The notes under the pieces were generated by a model. It was given only the letters and a program-made list of their open reading frames with translations, was not told the DNA's origin and did no database searches. Positions 49,418 to 60,900 of a stretch of DNA of 64,000 nucleotides are shown piece by piece; position 1 is the first letter of the stretch, and each line of letters begins with the position of its first letter. Both the position numbers and the translations under genes were made by a program. The DNA comes from Neoechinorhynchus agilis (taxonomy: Eukaryota; Animalia; Acanthocephala): positions 496,001 to 560,000 of the forward strand of contig CM121341.1 of assembly GCA_051530055.1 (NCBI GenBank), in the 5' to 3' direction.

Positions 49418-50581
49418 TCAACAAATCAAACAATCTGTTTGAAGCACTCTCACCACCTCCCGCCAAATTCCAGCTTTTGTCCTTCCTCGACCGTCGCCAT
49501 CACGCTGGCAGCATAGCCTCGAGTGTACTGCTAGCGAGATATTTTGTCGAAGGAATACACCTGCTCTTGAGTCTCCGGTTACCTCTATCAATTTCTTCGA
49601 GACATCCTGGAGCAGAGAGAATGCCGAGCTGCCGAGCGCTCCATACGTCTCTACCCCAAAGGGGACAAAATAGTGAGCCCTCGATAATTGAATATATTTC
49701 CGTATTTTCCTCCCTTCCGCTGCACTGGCGGCACCACCGGCGATTTCGAGGCAGTAGGGGATGTTGCTGGCTGCGAGGGTATCCACACACGCGGCGTCCC
49801 GGAGAAGGCATTTGCCCTCCCGCCACGGGAAGACCGAAATTCCATCGGGCCTACGGCCGTCTAGTCTACAGAGGTGGGCGGGTTCCAGGATGTTCGGGAA
49901 ATTCCTTTCAAAATCGTTAAATATTTGTTCAAAGGAGGCTAACCTTTCCTTGATTGTTGATGTCAAAGACACCCCAGAATCACCGCTGGTGCAGAGGACT
50001 AAGCACGGGCAAGCGAAGAGTCGTGTCCATGATGGCGCACAGTTCGTTTGAAGGCAATCGTTGACCAATCCCGTAAATGCTTTGGCGACCAGATATCGCG
50101 CGCCTTTAGGGATCCGTTTCAGGACGTTCCTGGGCAGAAACCGCACGATATCAGGTATCGAAATAAAATCACTGGTGATCTGAGGGGTCCCAGGCACGAA
50201 AGGTTCGGTTAATTGTGGTGGAGAACCAGACCCACTACAGCGGAGATTCCGGGGACCATGGACAAACAAAACCCCCAGATTGGCTAATTTAAAAGACTTA
50301 CCGCAAACCGGACACAAACCAGTAGAAACGCGTGGGAGCCCGGCAGCGTTGGTCTTCTCAGGTTGATAATGATCGATGAGTGGCGCGTTCAAATTATCTG
50401 CGTCAGCAGCGTCGATTGTAGGCGATTTGAACACATTGTGACGTAATTTGGAATTTCGGCAAAACCTATCCGATGCTGAGATCGTCCTGAGCCTTCTTGG
50501 AGGTATAGGGCTGGGAGGTGAATCTGATCCGTCGCTATATCCATCGTCTGATTTCCTCATATTCGTTCCGTCAATTTCCAT
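49418..50581 (-). mobile_element. Internally deleted CRE element with an intact 387-aa ORF (zinc finger plus restriction-like endonuclease, no RT)
   Basis: CPVCGKSF...HGPRNLRC, then an in-frame junction DFERN|FPNILEP, then RPDG...DAACVDT...KY...FVPFGVETYG. Both halves are nearly identical to 54612-55196 and 57193-57690. Confidence 0.93.
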
Positions 50582-50849
50582 TGTTTCGCAGGATTTCGTA
50601 GTTTTAGTCTGTAATCCGCCTTATTTGATTGGAATGTGTCATTATAGTCAGCGTATGTAGAATGCCATTATCCTCACTGCTTGTGCATTACAAGCGCAAC
50701 TCGACTTCAAAAGTTTTAAACAATTGTGAGCAAACGTATCGCGATAAAAATCACTTTGTTAGGAATGATTTCAACCTCTTGATTTGCCGGGCGGCAAGAC
50801 GAAACTTAAATCATGACTCAAGGAGAAGATTGTGATCAATGGAATCAAA

Positions 50850-51300
50850 AGCTTTATAAATGTCGATTCGGATGGGTCGAGAGATAAATGAAGGGCGTGC
50901 ATAAAGATTATAACGAAGAGAATTGACTTTTGAGATGGAAGGTAAGATGGAGATGGCCGGAAAATTTTAGGTGGATATTAGTTAGCCTCCCTGCAGGAGC
51001 AAGGTTGCCAGAGCTCTTTAAGGCAATTAGGGAAGATTCCAGTCATGAAACTTTGGTTGATTATATGAGTCTGAGGGTCAATTAAAACTGGGATAATAAA
51101 GTGTAAAGCCCAATTGGGAATGGGAAGGATAGGGGAAGATTTGCGTGGTAGTTTCCGAAGGAGCATGAGGATATCATACGCAGAAATCATGGTAAGTAAA
51201 GCAGTAGAAGTTGAGTACAGTTGCATAATTCTGGAAGGAGATGATGGTTCGTTTGTGGTAGGGTTAGAATTTCAGAGTTGAGCATTGACAGAGTTCAGTC
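50850..51300 (-). mobile_element. L2/CR1-like LINE fragment
   Basis: HIINQSFMTGIFPNCLK...FRP, the same family as 30553-32175. Confidence 0.75.
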
Positions 51301-52337
51301 TAGCAAAAAGATCAGAGTTTTTATATTTCTATACCTAAAGCGTTTTCGAGTTTTTCCATCAGAGGCGAAAATCTTGACGGATGTTTTATTAAATCATCAT
51401 CAAATATATTTCAGTTTAATTAAAGTGCCGCAATGAAAATCAATATAATAATGCGTTTTATTAGTTAATGCACAAAGAATAGAACTCACATGCCTTTGGG
51501 TCCTTATGAACACTCGAGTTCGTAAAGGATAAGTGATTGTAGCTGTTGATTTTGGAGTGGATTGCAGGTCCGGTCGGGTGTGGCAATTTTCTCTTACTGT
51601 AAAAAAACTCAATGTATAGAGCAACGCTTTAAACACAGACCGAGCATTTCTTATACTGTATAAAAAGTCAATATCGTTCTTAATAACCAGCATTATTTTC
51701 CGGTATCTTTTTAATAGAGTCAGCGCAATATTTAACTCTACGTCTCTAAGTTTTCCTTGAATGTCAAACTTAAAAGTGGCCAAAGTAACGATTTTAAGAA
51801 CCGATCTCCAGTTGTCTGATGTAGAGAATATTCCAGTATCAAACGACTGCTCGACTAGTGGCCATAATTCGATCATTTTATCTTCTTGTCTAGACGCAAG
51901 CATGAAGTGCGAGTAAATTCGTTGAGCACGAATTCAATAGATGTTCGAAAAATCGATATTTTCTATGAACAAAAGCTCTTCTTATAATGAATTTATTAAA
52001 AAAGGATCATGTTCATCGCGAACTATCGATGTGGCTGTCAAGCGAGGGAACGCGACGGCGATCTTGGTCGTGATCGAAATAAATACATAAAAGTTGAATA
52101 AAAAGACACGAACTTGAAGAATAATTTCAAGAGAGGCTTTGACGACAGTCACCTTTGTCTCCAAAAAAGGTTTTTTCCTTGCAAGTCCACATTAGACGAA
52201 TTGATTGACAGGGTCTTAGACCTCACGCCGAGACCCATTGACAGTGCGAATGTGAAACGAGAGTTTGACAGCGAACCCCAGTCGCACTCAGCAGTTAATT
52301 GAATTTTAATATATTTCTAATTTTAACATAAAAGAGG

Positions 52338-52751
52338 TCATATAAGAGCTACATGTAAAATGTAACTAAAAAGGGTAGCTATGCTTGGTAAATATTGTTT
52401 GGCATTGTTGCAATAGTAATAGAAGCAGTGGCACAGAGCATCCTTCGGCTTTGCAAACTCTCGATAGCATATATCCTCGTGTTTTTCAACATTGTGCTCG
52501 ATACAACGTCTCTGAATTTCATAAGAATCATTAGTAGTCCATCTAAGAACCTTCTCACATCCTACTTTGCAGTTCAATATTTTTGACGGCTGACATCGAT
52601 TGTTAGTTGCCCCTTTGAGGGAAGTGCAATTTTCCGAATAGCATTTAACTTTAATTTCTTTGCCATCATCCATATCTCCCCACGGTCCGAAGTAGCTAAG
52701 ACACCTTGAACCAACAGTCAGTGAACTTATTAACAGGTAAACTAAGAGCAT
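52338..52751 (-). CDS. Ly6/uPAR three-finger protein (quiver/sleepless-like), probably GPI-anchored, 137 aa
   Basis: Hydrophobic signal peptide (MLLVYLLISSLTVG), ten Cys ending in CHCFYYYCNN, and a hydrophobic C-terminal tail. The first ATG is at 52751. Confidence 0.75.
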   Translation of the reverse strand: MLLVYLLISSLTVGSRCLSYFGPWGDMDDGKEIKVKCYSENCTSLKGATNNRCQPSKILNCKVGCEKVLRWTTNDSYEIQRRCIEHNVEKHEDICYREFAKPKDALCHCFYYYCNNAKQYLPSIATLFSYILHVALI

Positions 52752-53324
52752 AATCGGTGAAGTTAAGAACGAGAGAACTTGGATATTCACGTTGAAAAGA
52801 TTTTGTTATATATAACGAGACTCATAAAGAAAGTGTCTCACCAATGTATACTCATTTGAAATAGAGTTCGTGACGATAAGAGCGAGTAATGCGGCTTTAT
52901 GGGTTCTATCGGAATCCAATAAAGCTCCAAATACGGTAAGTTGTTAAAAGAACAAAGCGCATTTAAGAGCTTTTGAGCATCCATAAAAAGAAAGCATGCG
53001 AAGAGCAATAATACGATTTTTCATTAGTTGTCTATTCGCAATCCAATCATTAAAAAAAGCACAAGAAAAGAGTTTGCAGTTGAAAAATCTAATTGCGATT
53101 TTCTTAAAGCGCTGTTAAATGTTTACTACACCGACGAGAGTTCTCATATTTAAAAGAACTCAACCTCATTCAATGACTCGAACTTTGTTGTAAGTGCATT
53201 GAGTTTGGTAGTTTTAACAATTTGCAATGTGTTCAATCGGATGAAAAGATAAGAAAGTTTATGAACTTTACAACTCTTGTAACCACAATCACGGATAAAT
53301 TTACTTTTGTTCACGTTACAGATT

Positions 53325-53455
53325 TTTTCCCTGTTTACAAATGTATTCAATCAATCTTCATTTCTCGACAATTAACACACTCACCACCTCCCGCCGAATT
53401 CCAGCTTTTGTCCTTGCTCGTCCGTCGCCATAACGCTGGCAGCATTGCCCCGTTG
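53325..53455 (-). mobile_element. Short 3' end of a CRE element (subfamily B)
   Basis: The reverse complement matches 26812-26936 (caacggggcaatgctgccagc...gaatacatttgtaaacag). Confidence 0.85.
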
Positions 53456-53504
53456 ATTATACTTTTCAGAAAATGCTGCTCGAATAAATACTTTCAATTG
53501 AATC

Positions 53505-54260
53505 ATCGATAGAAAATCCTCCGGGTTAATCAATGTATACTTTTGGTGAACATACTCCCGGCCATAACCTATTTGGTTTTGATTTATTGGAGATATTTCG
53601 AAGGAGGTAAGCTCGCCTCTTCAGTCATCTAAAATTATGTTTTATTATCTCCTCGAACCGCTGTACTACGTTTTCCCATGATTTTAGTATTGATTTTAAA
53701 CACGTCGCTGGCTGGAAGTTTCAAGCTAAAATTAGCTTTATTTCCTTCCATTGTGTTGGTCAGGCCCTCAAAACAAGACGTCTTTTTAAGTTTGTTCTAC
53801 TTCTATAAAGTTGGTGCCACCAAAATCCGCGCGATGCTTACAGGTTTCTTGATGATTAGAGATTGCCGAGGACTGCTCAAATCGACTGCAAGCTTGCTTA
53901 TGTTGAATGACCCCCTTCTTAATGCCCTGCATCGTTTGTCCGATGTAGACTATCACACTATTTACAGTGCATTCTATAGATCCCATGAATCGGCTCAGTT
54001 TTATCCTTCCTCTACCGAAGTGTTAAAATCAATGCTAAAATCATGGAAAACCAGTATTACAGCGCAGGGGGGTTCGAGCGGATAATTGGTCCCCGAACTT
54101 CGAGTTTGGCGATCCCGCGCACTACAGCATAAATCCTTAAGGTGAAAAACATATTTTTAGATGACTGATGAGGTGATGTTACCTCGCGAAATACCTTAAA
54201 TAAATCTAATAAAAAAAGGTTATGACCGGGCGTATGTTCACCAAAATTATACTTTCAATT
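53505..54260. mobile_element. Penelope remnant: GIY-YIG plus pLTR on minus (53505-53990), inverted pLTR on plus (54020-54260), each with a hammerhead motif
   Basis: VYIGQT...QHKQA...SAISNHQETCKH. Hammerhead motifs at 53588-53630 (-) and 54160-54195 (+). Confidence 0.85.
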
Positions 54261-54611
54261 AAGTGTGCGATAAAGAGAGATTAGAGGGAAGATTCCGGGA
54301 TTTTTTTACTAAAAAGTGTCCTTTAAAGTCCTCTCGTTCATTATGCAATAAGATTTTTTATATTTGAAAATAGAGTAGGCATTTTGAACTTTTGATTCTC
54401 TTTATTAATACGGCTGCTCAGATTATATCATCACTTTTGTTGGAAGCATTTTTGCTCTTAGCCGGATGAGGTTATTGGAATTGGGAAGATTGCTTCTGAT
54501 ATTCAATGGAGTACATCCGGCATTGCGTGTATCTAAAGGTAATAATTTCAGTTGGTTTTATCTGAACACAATTGATTGCAAGTCATGACGATCACTGGAG
54601 CTTTAGCGTGT

Positions 54612-57600
54612 ACGATCTCAGCATCGGATAGGTTTTGCCGAAATTCCAAATTACGTCACAATGTGTTCAAATCGCCTACAATCGACGCTGCTGACGCAGA
54701 TAATTTGAACGAGCTACTTATCGATCACGTGCAATCTGAGAAGACCAACGCTGCCGGGCTCCTACGCGTTTCTACTGGTTTGTGTCCGGTTTGCGGTAAG
54801 TCTTTTAAATTAGCCAATCTGGGGGTTTTGTTTGTCCATGGTCCCCGGAATCTCCGCTGTAGTGGGTCTGGTTCTCCACCACAATTAACCGAACCTTTCG
54901 TGCCTGGGACCCCTCAGATCACCACTGATTTTATTTCGATACCTGATATCGTGCGGTTTCTGCCCAGGAACGTCCTGAAACGGATCCCTAAAGGCGCGCG
55001 ATATCTGGTCGCCAAAGCATTTACGGGATTGGTCAACGATTGCCTTCAAACGAACTGTGCGCCATCATGGACACGACTCTTCGCTTGCCCGTGCTTAGTC
55101 CTCTGCACCAGCGGTGATTCTGGGGTGTCTTTGACATCAACAATCAAGGAAAGGTTAGCCTCCTTTGAACAAATATTTAACGATTTTGAAAGGAATCTCC
55201 GCGAGGTTCGTAAGGGACGCACGAAGGAAGAGTTTCGCTGCCGTTTTTCAAAGCGATCACTGACTGAACGTGTCTCTTCGAAGCTTGCGGACGGAGATGT
55301 TCGCAGGGGGCTGTTCGGTTATTGTCATCCTCCGACAGTTTCGCAAAAGGAGACAGCGAGACGCTACAAATACTCCGATCGAAGCACCCATGTAGTAGCG
55401 GAAGTTTCGAAATTCCATCTCCTCCCATACAAGACAGGACGCCCGCTCAAATTTCAGAGTTACAAAAGGCCATCTCATCTTTTGCAAATGGTTCGGGTCA
55501 CGGGCTCTACGGACTAAGGCCTCAGCACCTAAAGGACATGATGTCCTTTTCAACTGGTGAAGCAGCTCTCGCTCTAGAAAGTGCGCTTTCTCGAATAGTC
55601 GACCGCCTGACTGGAGAGGACCTGAACCCCGTTGCAAAGGACCTATTTTTCGGAGCCTCATTGTGTGCGCTCACAAAAAAAGAAGGTGGGATCCGTCCCA
55701 TCGCCGTATCTTCGACGATACGCCGACTCGCAGGAAAAATTCTCTGCAAACGTATTACAGAGAAAACCGGACAGCAACTTCGCCCAGTCCAACTGGGCTG
55801 CTGCACATCCTGCGGGGCGGAAGCTATTGTCCACTCGCTCCGAAACTTTGCTACGAGAAGCTCAGAGCCGTGCGTGATTCTTAAGTGTGATTTTCAGAAC
55901 GCCTTTAACTCTCTCAATAGAGAAAGCATGTTCTGCGCAATTAGAGATCATGCCCCAGAAGCCTTCCAGTATTTTCTCAATGCCTACGGGACGGCGACTC
56001 CTTTGCTTTTCGAAGACCACCTCATTTGGTCCGAAAGAGGAGTGCAGCAAGGAGATCCCCTCGGTCCAATCGCATTCTCCCTAACAGTAAATCCAATAGC
56101 GCATTCTCTCCATTCCAGCTTCAACGCTTGTTACTTGGATGACGCTACGCTCGGAGGTGATCCCTCCGTTGTACTGCGCGATCTGGAGACGCTGATTAGG
56201 GAGACCTCGAAGATGGGCATTGAGCTTAATGCTGGAAAATGTGAGCTCCTTGTACTGAATATTGGAGACGCCGCAAGTCAAAGAACTAATGGCTGGGTTC
56301 GAGGCCGTAGCTCCAGGTCTGAAACTCGTGACTCGGGAGCAACTCAGCCTCCTGGGCAGTTGCGTCTTCGATTCAAATGTGGAAGATGAGATCGGCCATA
56401 TCATACCGAAACTTTCGTTGCTGTGCGATAGGGTGTGCGCTCTCTCGGCTCATGAAGCCTTGTTTCTCATAAAGAACGCGCTCTTCATCCCCAAATTATT
56501 GTACAAGGTTCGCACAGCAACATTTTTCAAACATAAGGAAGGATTGGCTAAGCTCGACGGCAAGGTGAAGGCTTGTCTCGAGCGTATTTTAAATGTCCAG
56601 CTCTCAGATGAGGCGTGGCGACAAGCTTCATTGCCTGTGTCATCTGGGGGATTGGGCATTCGGGCGCTAGTAGACCTTGCCTTGCCAGCCTTTCTTGGAT
56701 CGTATGAGGGGAGTCAACCGATAGCGTAGATAATTCTGAAGGGAAAGTTCTGTCTTGACCGGGATTTCGTGGGGGCGGTTGAGGAATGGCGCCAGCAGAC
56801 AGGCGCTAACCATGTTCCCGTGAATGGCCTCAGACAGTCGATCTGGGACGGACCTCTTGTCGCGAGAGCTCACAGCTCTCTACTTTCAGGTTCTCGCGAT
56901 GGGGTCGTCCGAGCTAGACTGTGGCGAGTTAGCAGTTTCAACACGAGAATCTGGGGCGTGGTTGGAGGCTGTTCCTCTGGCATCAGTGGGAACTCTTCTT
57001 ACTGATCTGGTAACGAGGATCGCAGTATCCTTAAGACTTGGTCTCCCGATATGCACGCCCCATCGCTGTCGATGTGGGTCTTTGGTTGATGCTTTCGGGT
57101 GACACGGTCTCGTCTGCAGAAGGTCAGGAGGAAGGTTCTCGCGCCATTCTGAAATCAATAAAGCAATTTCTCGGGCGTTGAGAACGACGAACTTCCCGAA
57201 CATCCTGGAACCCGCCCACCCTTGTCGACTACACGGCCGTAGGCCCGATGGAATTTCGGTCTTCCCGTGGCGGGAGGGCAAATGCCTTCTCTGGGGCGCC
57301 ACGTGTGTGGATACCCTCGCAGCCAGCAACATCCGCTACTCCCTCGAAATCGCCGGTGGTGCCGCCAGTGCAGCGGAAGGGAGGAAAATACCGAAATATA
57401 TTCAGTTATCGAGGGCTCACTATTTTGTCCCCTTTGGGGTAGAGACGTATGGAGCGCTCGGCAGCTCGGCACTCTCTCTGCTCCAGGATGTCTCGAAGAA
57501 ATTGATAGAGGCAACCGAAGACTCAAGAGCAGGTGTATTCCTTCGACAAAATATCTCGCTGGCAGTACACTCGAGGCTATGCTGCCAGCGTGATGGCGAC

Positions 57601-57690
57601 GGTCGAGGAAGGACAAAAGCTGGAATTTGGCGGGAGGTGGTGAGAGTGCTTCAATCAGATTGCTTGAATTGTTAAAAATGTATTATGTTT
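54612..57690 (+). mobile_element. Near full-length CRE-clade (RLE-type) non-LTR retrotransposon, inactivated
   Basis: Zinc finger, GLRPQHLKD, LCALTKKEGGIRPIAV, KCDFQNAFNS, GVQQGDPLGP, YLDD, CRCG...H..C, RPDG, FGVETYG. It carries about three frameshifts (~55305, 56278, 56930) and two in-frame stops (56727, 57100), and lacks the N-terminus present in the 50581 copy. Confidence 0.93.
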
Positions 57691-57987
57691 TTCAGCTAAA
57701 ATTAGCTTTATTTCCAAAAAAATTTTGGAGAAAGGGTAATTCATTTTTTTCTTAAAAAATTAAAATATCAAAAGATAATTCAATACTGCTAAAAGGGAAC
57801 TGTATCAAGGATTTGACTATAAACGATCATCAATTTGTTATTTTTTGTAGCTGGTGTCATTAGCAAATAAAACTTTTATTTTTGGTTCATGAAAACGCTG
57901 CTGCTAGGAAAACAAAGAACCCAAATTAGGAATGTGTGACTAGATGGCTAGAATTCACTACCACTATAATACGTTTAAATTAAAATT

Positions 57988-60900
57988 TCAATTACTATCA
58001 CAAATCAATGCCACTCCTCGAAGAACCCAATGGTTCGCGTTCTTGTTACTTGATAGCATAAAACTAGTAATATAATTAAGTCCGCCTCTCCCGGCCTTTC
58101 TGTAAACTGGGCATTCATACGGACCAGCCTTCTCCTTTGTTTTGGCAGCCAACTTTGGCTTTTGTGGTATCATCGGCTTAATGGCTCTTCTGGTTCCCAG
58201 CTTTTTTAGAGCATTTAAATCCGCTTCCTCCTTTTTGCGCCTTTCTTCACTTACTCTGTTGTTTACAGCATATAGATGAATGATTGGCATTCGGCAGAGC
58301 TGTACTTTGTTGGTAGCCTCAACCAAAATTCGACGAGCCACATCCCATCCCGCTCCTTCCAGACTTAGTCCATAGATGTATACACCTTCCACGGGTTCAT
58401 CAATAACGTCATTTTCGTAGATCTGAAGAACTTTACTTTCAACGCGTACAGAGTCCAAAGCCCAATCGGCATGCCGGCGAGTTACTTCTTGTCGCATCGC
58501 GGTCACAAATCCAGCTGGATTAAAGAATCCTGAAAACCAAAAACACTTTGGTCTTCCTTCATAGAGCCAACCGTGAAGTTGTTGGTGCCTTTGTTTCAGC
58601 TCAGACAACCAAAATCCAAGAGCACTTGAAGTCCATGATACTTTTGCCCATGTTGGTGGAACTCGTCCGTCATAGATGTTATCTAGAACCTGTCGAAGTT
58701 CATCAGTCATTATTATGAGACCATCAATGGCACTTTGAAGATCAGTTAACGAATTCCGGACGATATTTAATACCTTCTGCATTCGATTGATTTCTTGGTG
58801 AAGAAATATTGTCATCGGTTGAATTCTCCCCATCGAAATAATTCGCTCCCTAATTTCTCTTTCAATGAAACGGCTGGGAAATTTTGATAAAATATCTTTC
58901 GAAACTTTAAGAACCACATTTTCTCTAGTCTCACCTCCACCAACAAAGGAATCTTTTGGTTGGATATTTACGATAGTTGTCAATGCGTATTGAGCCCGCC
59001 GAGCTTGATACGTTATGTCCGCATTTGGATGAAGTCCGAATAGATTTGCAGTATCGGCACTTGAAAAAGTGCTTTCGATCTGAGCAATAACATCAGATAT
59101 TTGGCCTTCTGGAACATGGTATCGTCCTCGTCCATGATGTGACGACACGAATGTAAAATCTTTTTCAAGTAACTGATTTCCGAACCATTTTTGGGTATAA
59201 GCTTCAAGGATGCGCCGATCAAAATCATCGGTGACGCGGCCACCGTATTGAATTTCAGCGATCATGTATTGAATGGCGTCCCATTGAATCGCAATATCGG
59301 TTGGAAGACCAAACACGCTTTTCTGAATATACTTAAACGTTGCTTCAAAATCCGTTTGACTGAATTCATAAGGAACATTCCATCCCACAGGACCATATTT
59401 CCGTCGTTCTTGTAAAATACTATGAAGAAAAGCCAGCGCATAAACTATTCGGATTCCATCCTGTCCAGCCGAAGATGAAACTGCTGCAGAATCCAATGAG
59501 CTCATAGTTGTTAAAATTCCTGCTCTAACGCCTTGCGGTGGCTCGCTGGTGAATTTTGTGCAAGCTTGGAGCATTTGAATAGGAAAATCCGGGTGGACTT
59601 CGGTAGTAAGCCACATTCTAAAATTAGGATTCGTGTTCTCGGTATATCCCAATGATCCATACAGTTCATTCATGTACTCCAGACCAAGGTGACAATTCTG
59701 CAAAATAAGCCAATGCCCATTCTGTCGACATTGTTCCAATCGCAGACGAGCTTGTTCCTCCTGTCCTTGTCCCATACTGACTACATAGCATTCTCGGTCG
59801 GTCTGTTTTGCCATCAGCAGAATATCATTGGTTGGGTCACTTCCACTGGTTAATAGACCTAGAAAAGGTGTCTTTGTTGAGCCTTCTTCAACAAGCATTG
59901 CTTTCATTTCGAAGATGTAGGGATTCGCAAAATACTGACCGAGAGTGTCATTGATAAAAGTTCGTGCTGCCGCCAAAGTTCTATCCGGGGCACATGAGCG
60001 AACAATTATGAGACGTTCAAAAGAATCCTTGATAGAATTCATATCTCCTGGAAACGATGCATCTTCAGGGTTTGGCAGAGATATCCATCGTTTCCATTCA
60101 GATTCGAACATGCTGAATTGGCTCAGTATACTGTTGAATTTCGGTAAATAGCTGAGTTGAACCAAGTTTAACCAAATTGCGTCCTGAATCCAAGGAGCAA
60201 CTTTTGCCGGACAATTCTTAAGATCCAACATTGCGCCACCTTTTATGAGCGTTAGAAACTCCTCCTGACTAACTCTCTCCTCTCTCATTGCAACTCTAAG
60301 AGCCAACAAAAGGGTGAAGATTGATCGATCCACTCGATATAAGCCTCTTGAAATGTAAAGCCAAACTATTCTTGTCAAATTCCCGACAATACTTGAGTCA
60401 GCCACTGGCTTTATTTCTTTTGGTTCAGCATCATTCTCTTTTGTAACAACGGTTTTTCGCGATTTCCGGGTACTCATCCGAGATGATGTTGATAGAACAT
60501 TTGGCAAGTTAGCTTGGATCGGTTCCTCCGATTGTTGATCTGTCTCCAGGGGTTTCGTACTAGTCATAGAGCGCACAAAAAGACCAATGAATTGTGCCAG
60601 CGATGTCTGGTACATGATATTAACTGCTGCCATCTGAGTAATCAAGAAATATAAAATTGAACCACGAATCGCAACATCACGGTATTGCTCTCGAACCAAA
60701 ATAAGATCTTCTTTAGTCTTCTTCGCTATAATCATCTTCTCCTTTATTTGAGCTGATACCTCCCTGTTGTTATTAAGAACTCTCAGCAATTCTTCGTCTT
60801 CAACAACACTTCCTTCAATACTAGATAGCTTTTCCAACAGTACATCCTCTAGTTCCTTCAATTGACGCTTATTCCTCGATGTCTCAGATGCAACGTTTAT

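Noticed and set aside
51325-51365. Additional hammerhead on minus (cct CTGATGG...CTC GAAA)
   Set aside because: The core and stem II are too degenerate and no linked PLE sequence was recognised.
51400-51903. 167-aa protein-coding gene
   Set aside because: The last third is the LINE 3' tail (homologous to 18750-18880) and the rest has no recognisable motif. It is left uncalled.
53678-54085. 135-aa ORF on plus
   Set aside because: It is the antisense frame of a Penelope GIY-YIG/pLTR remnant.
54612-57690. Active full-length CRE with programmed frameshifts
   Set aside because: Two in-frame stops and a 2-nt deletion relative to the 26 kb copy indicate ordinary decay.
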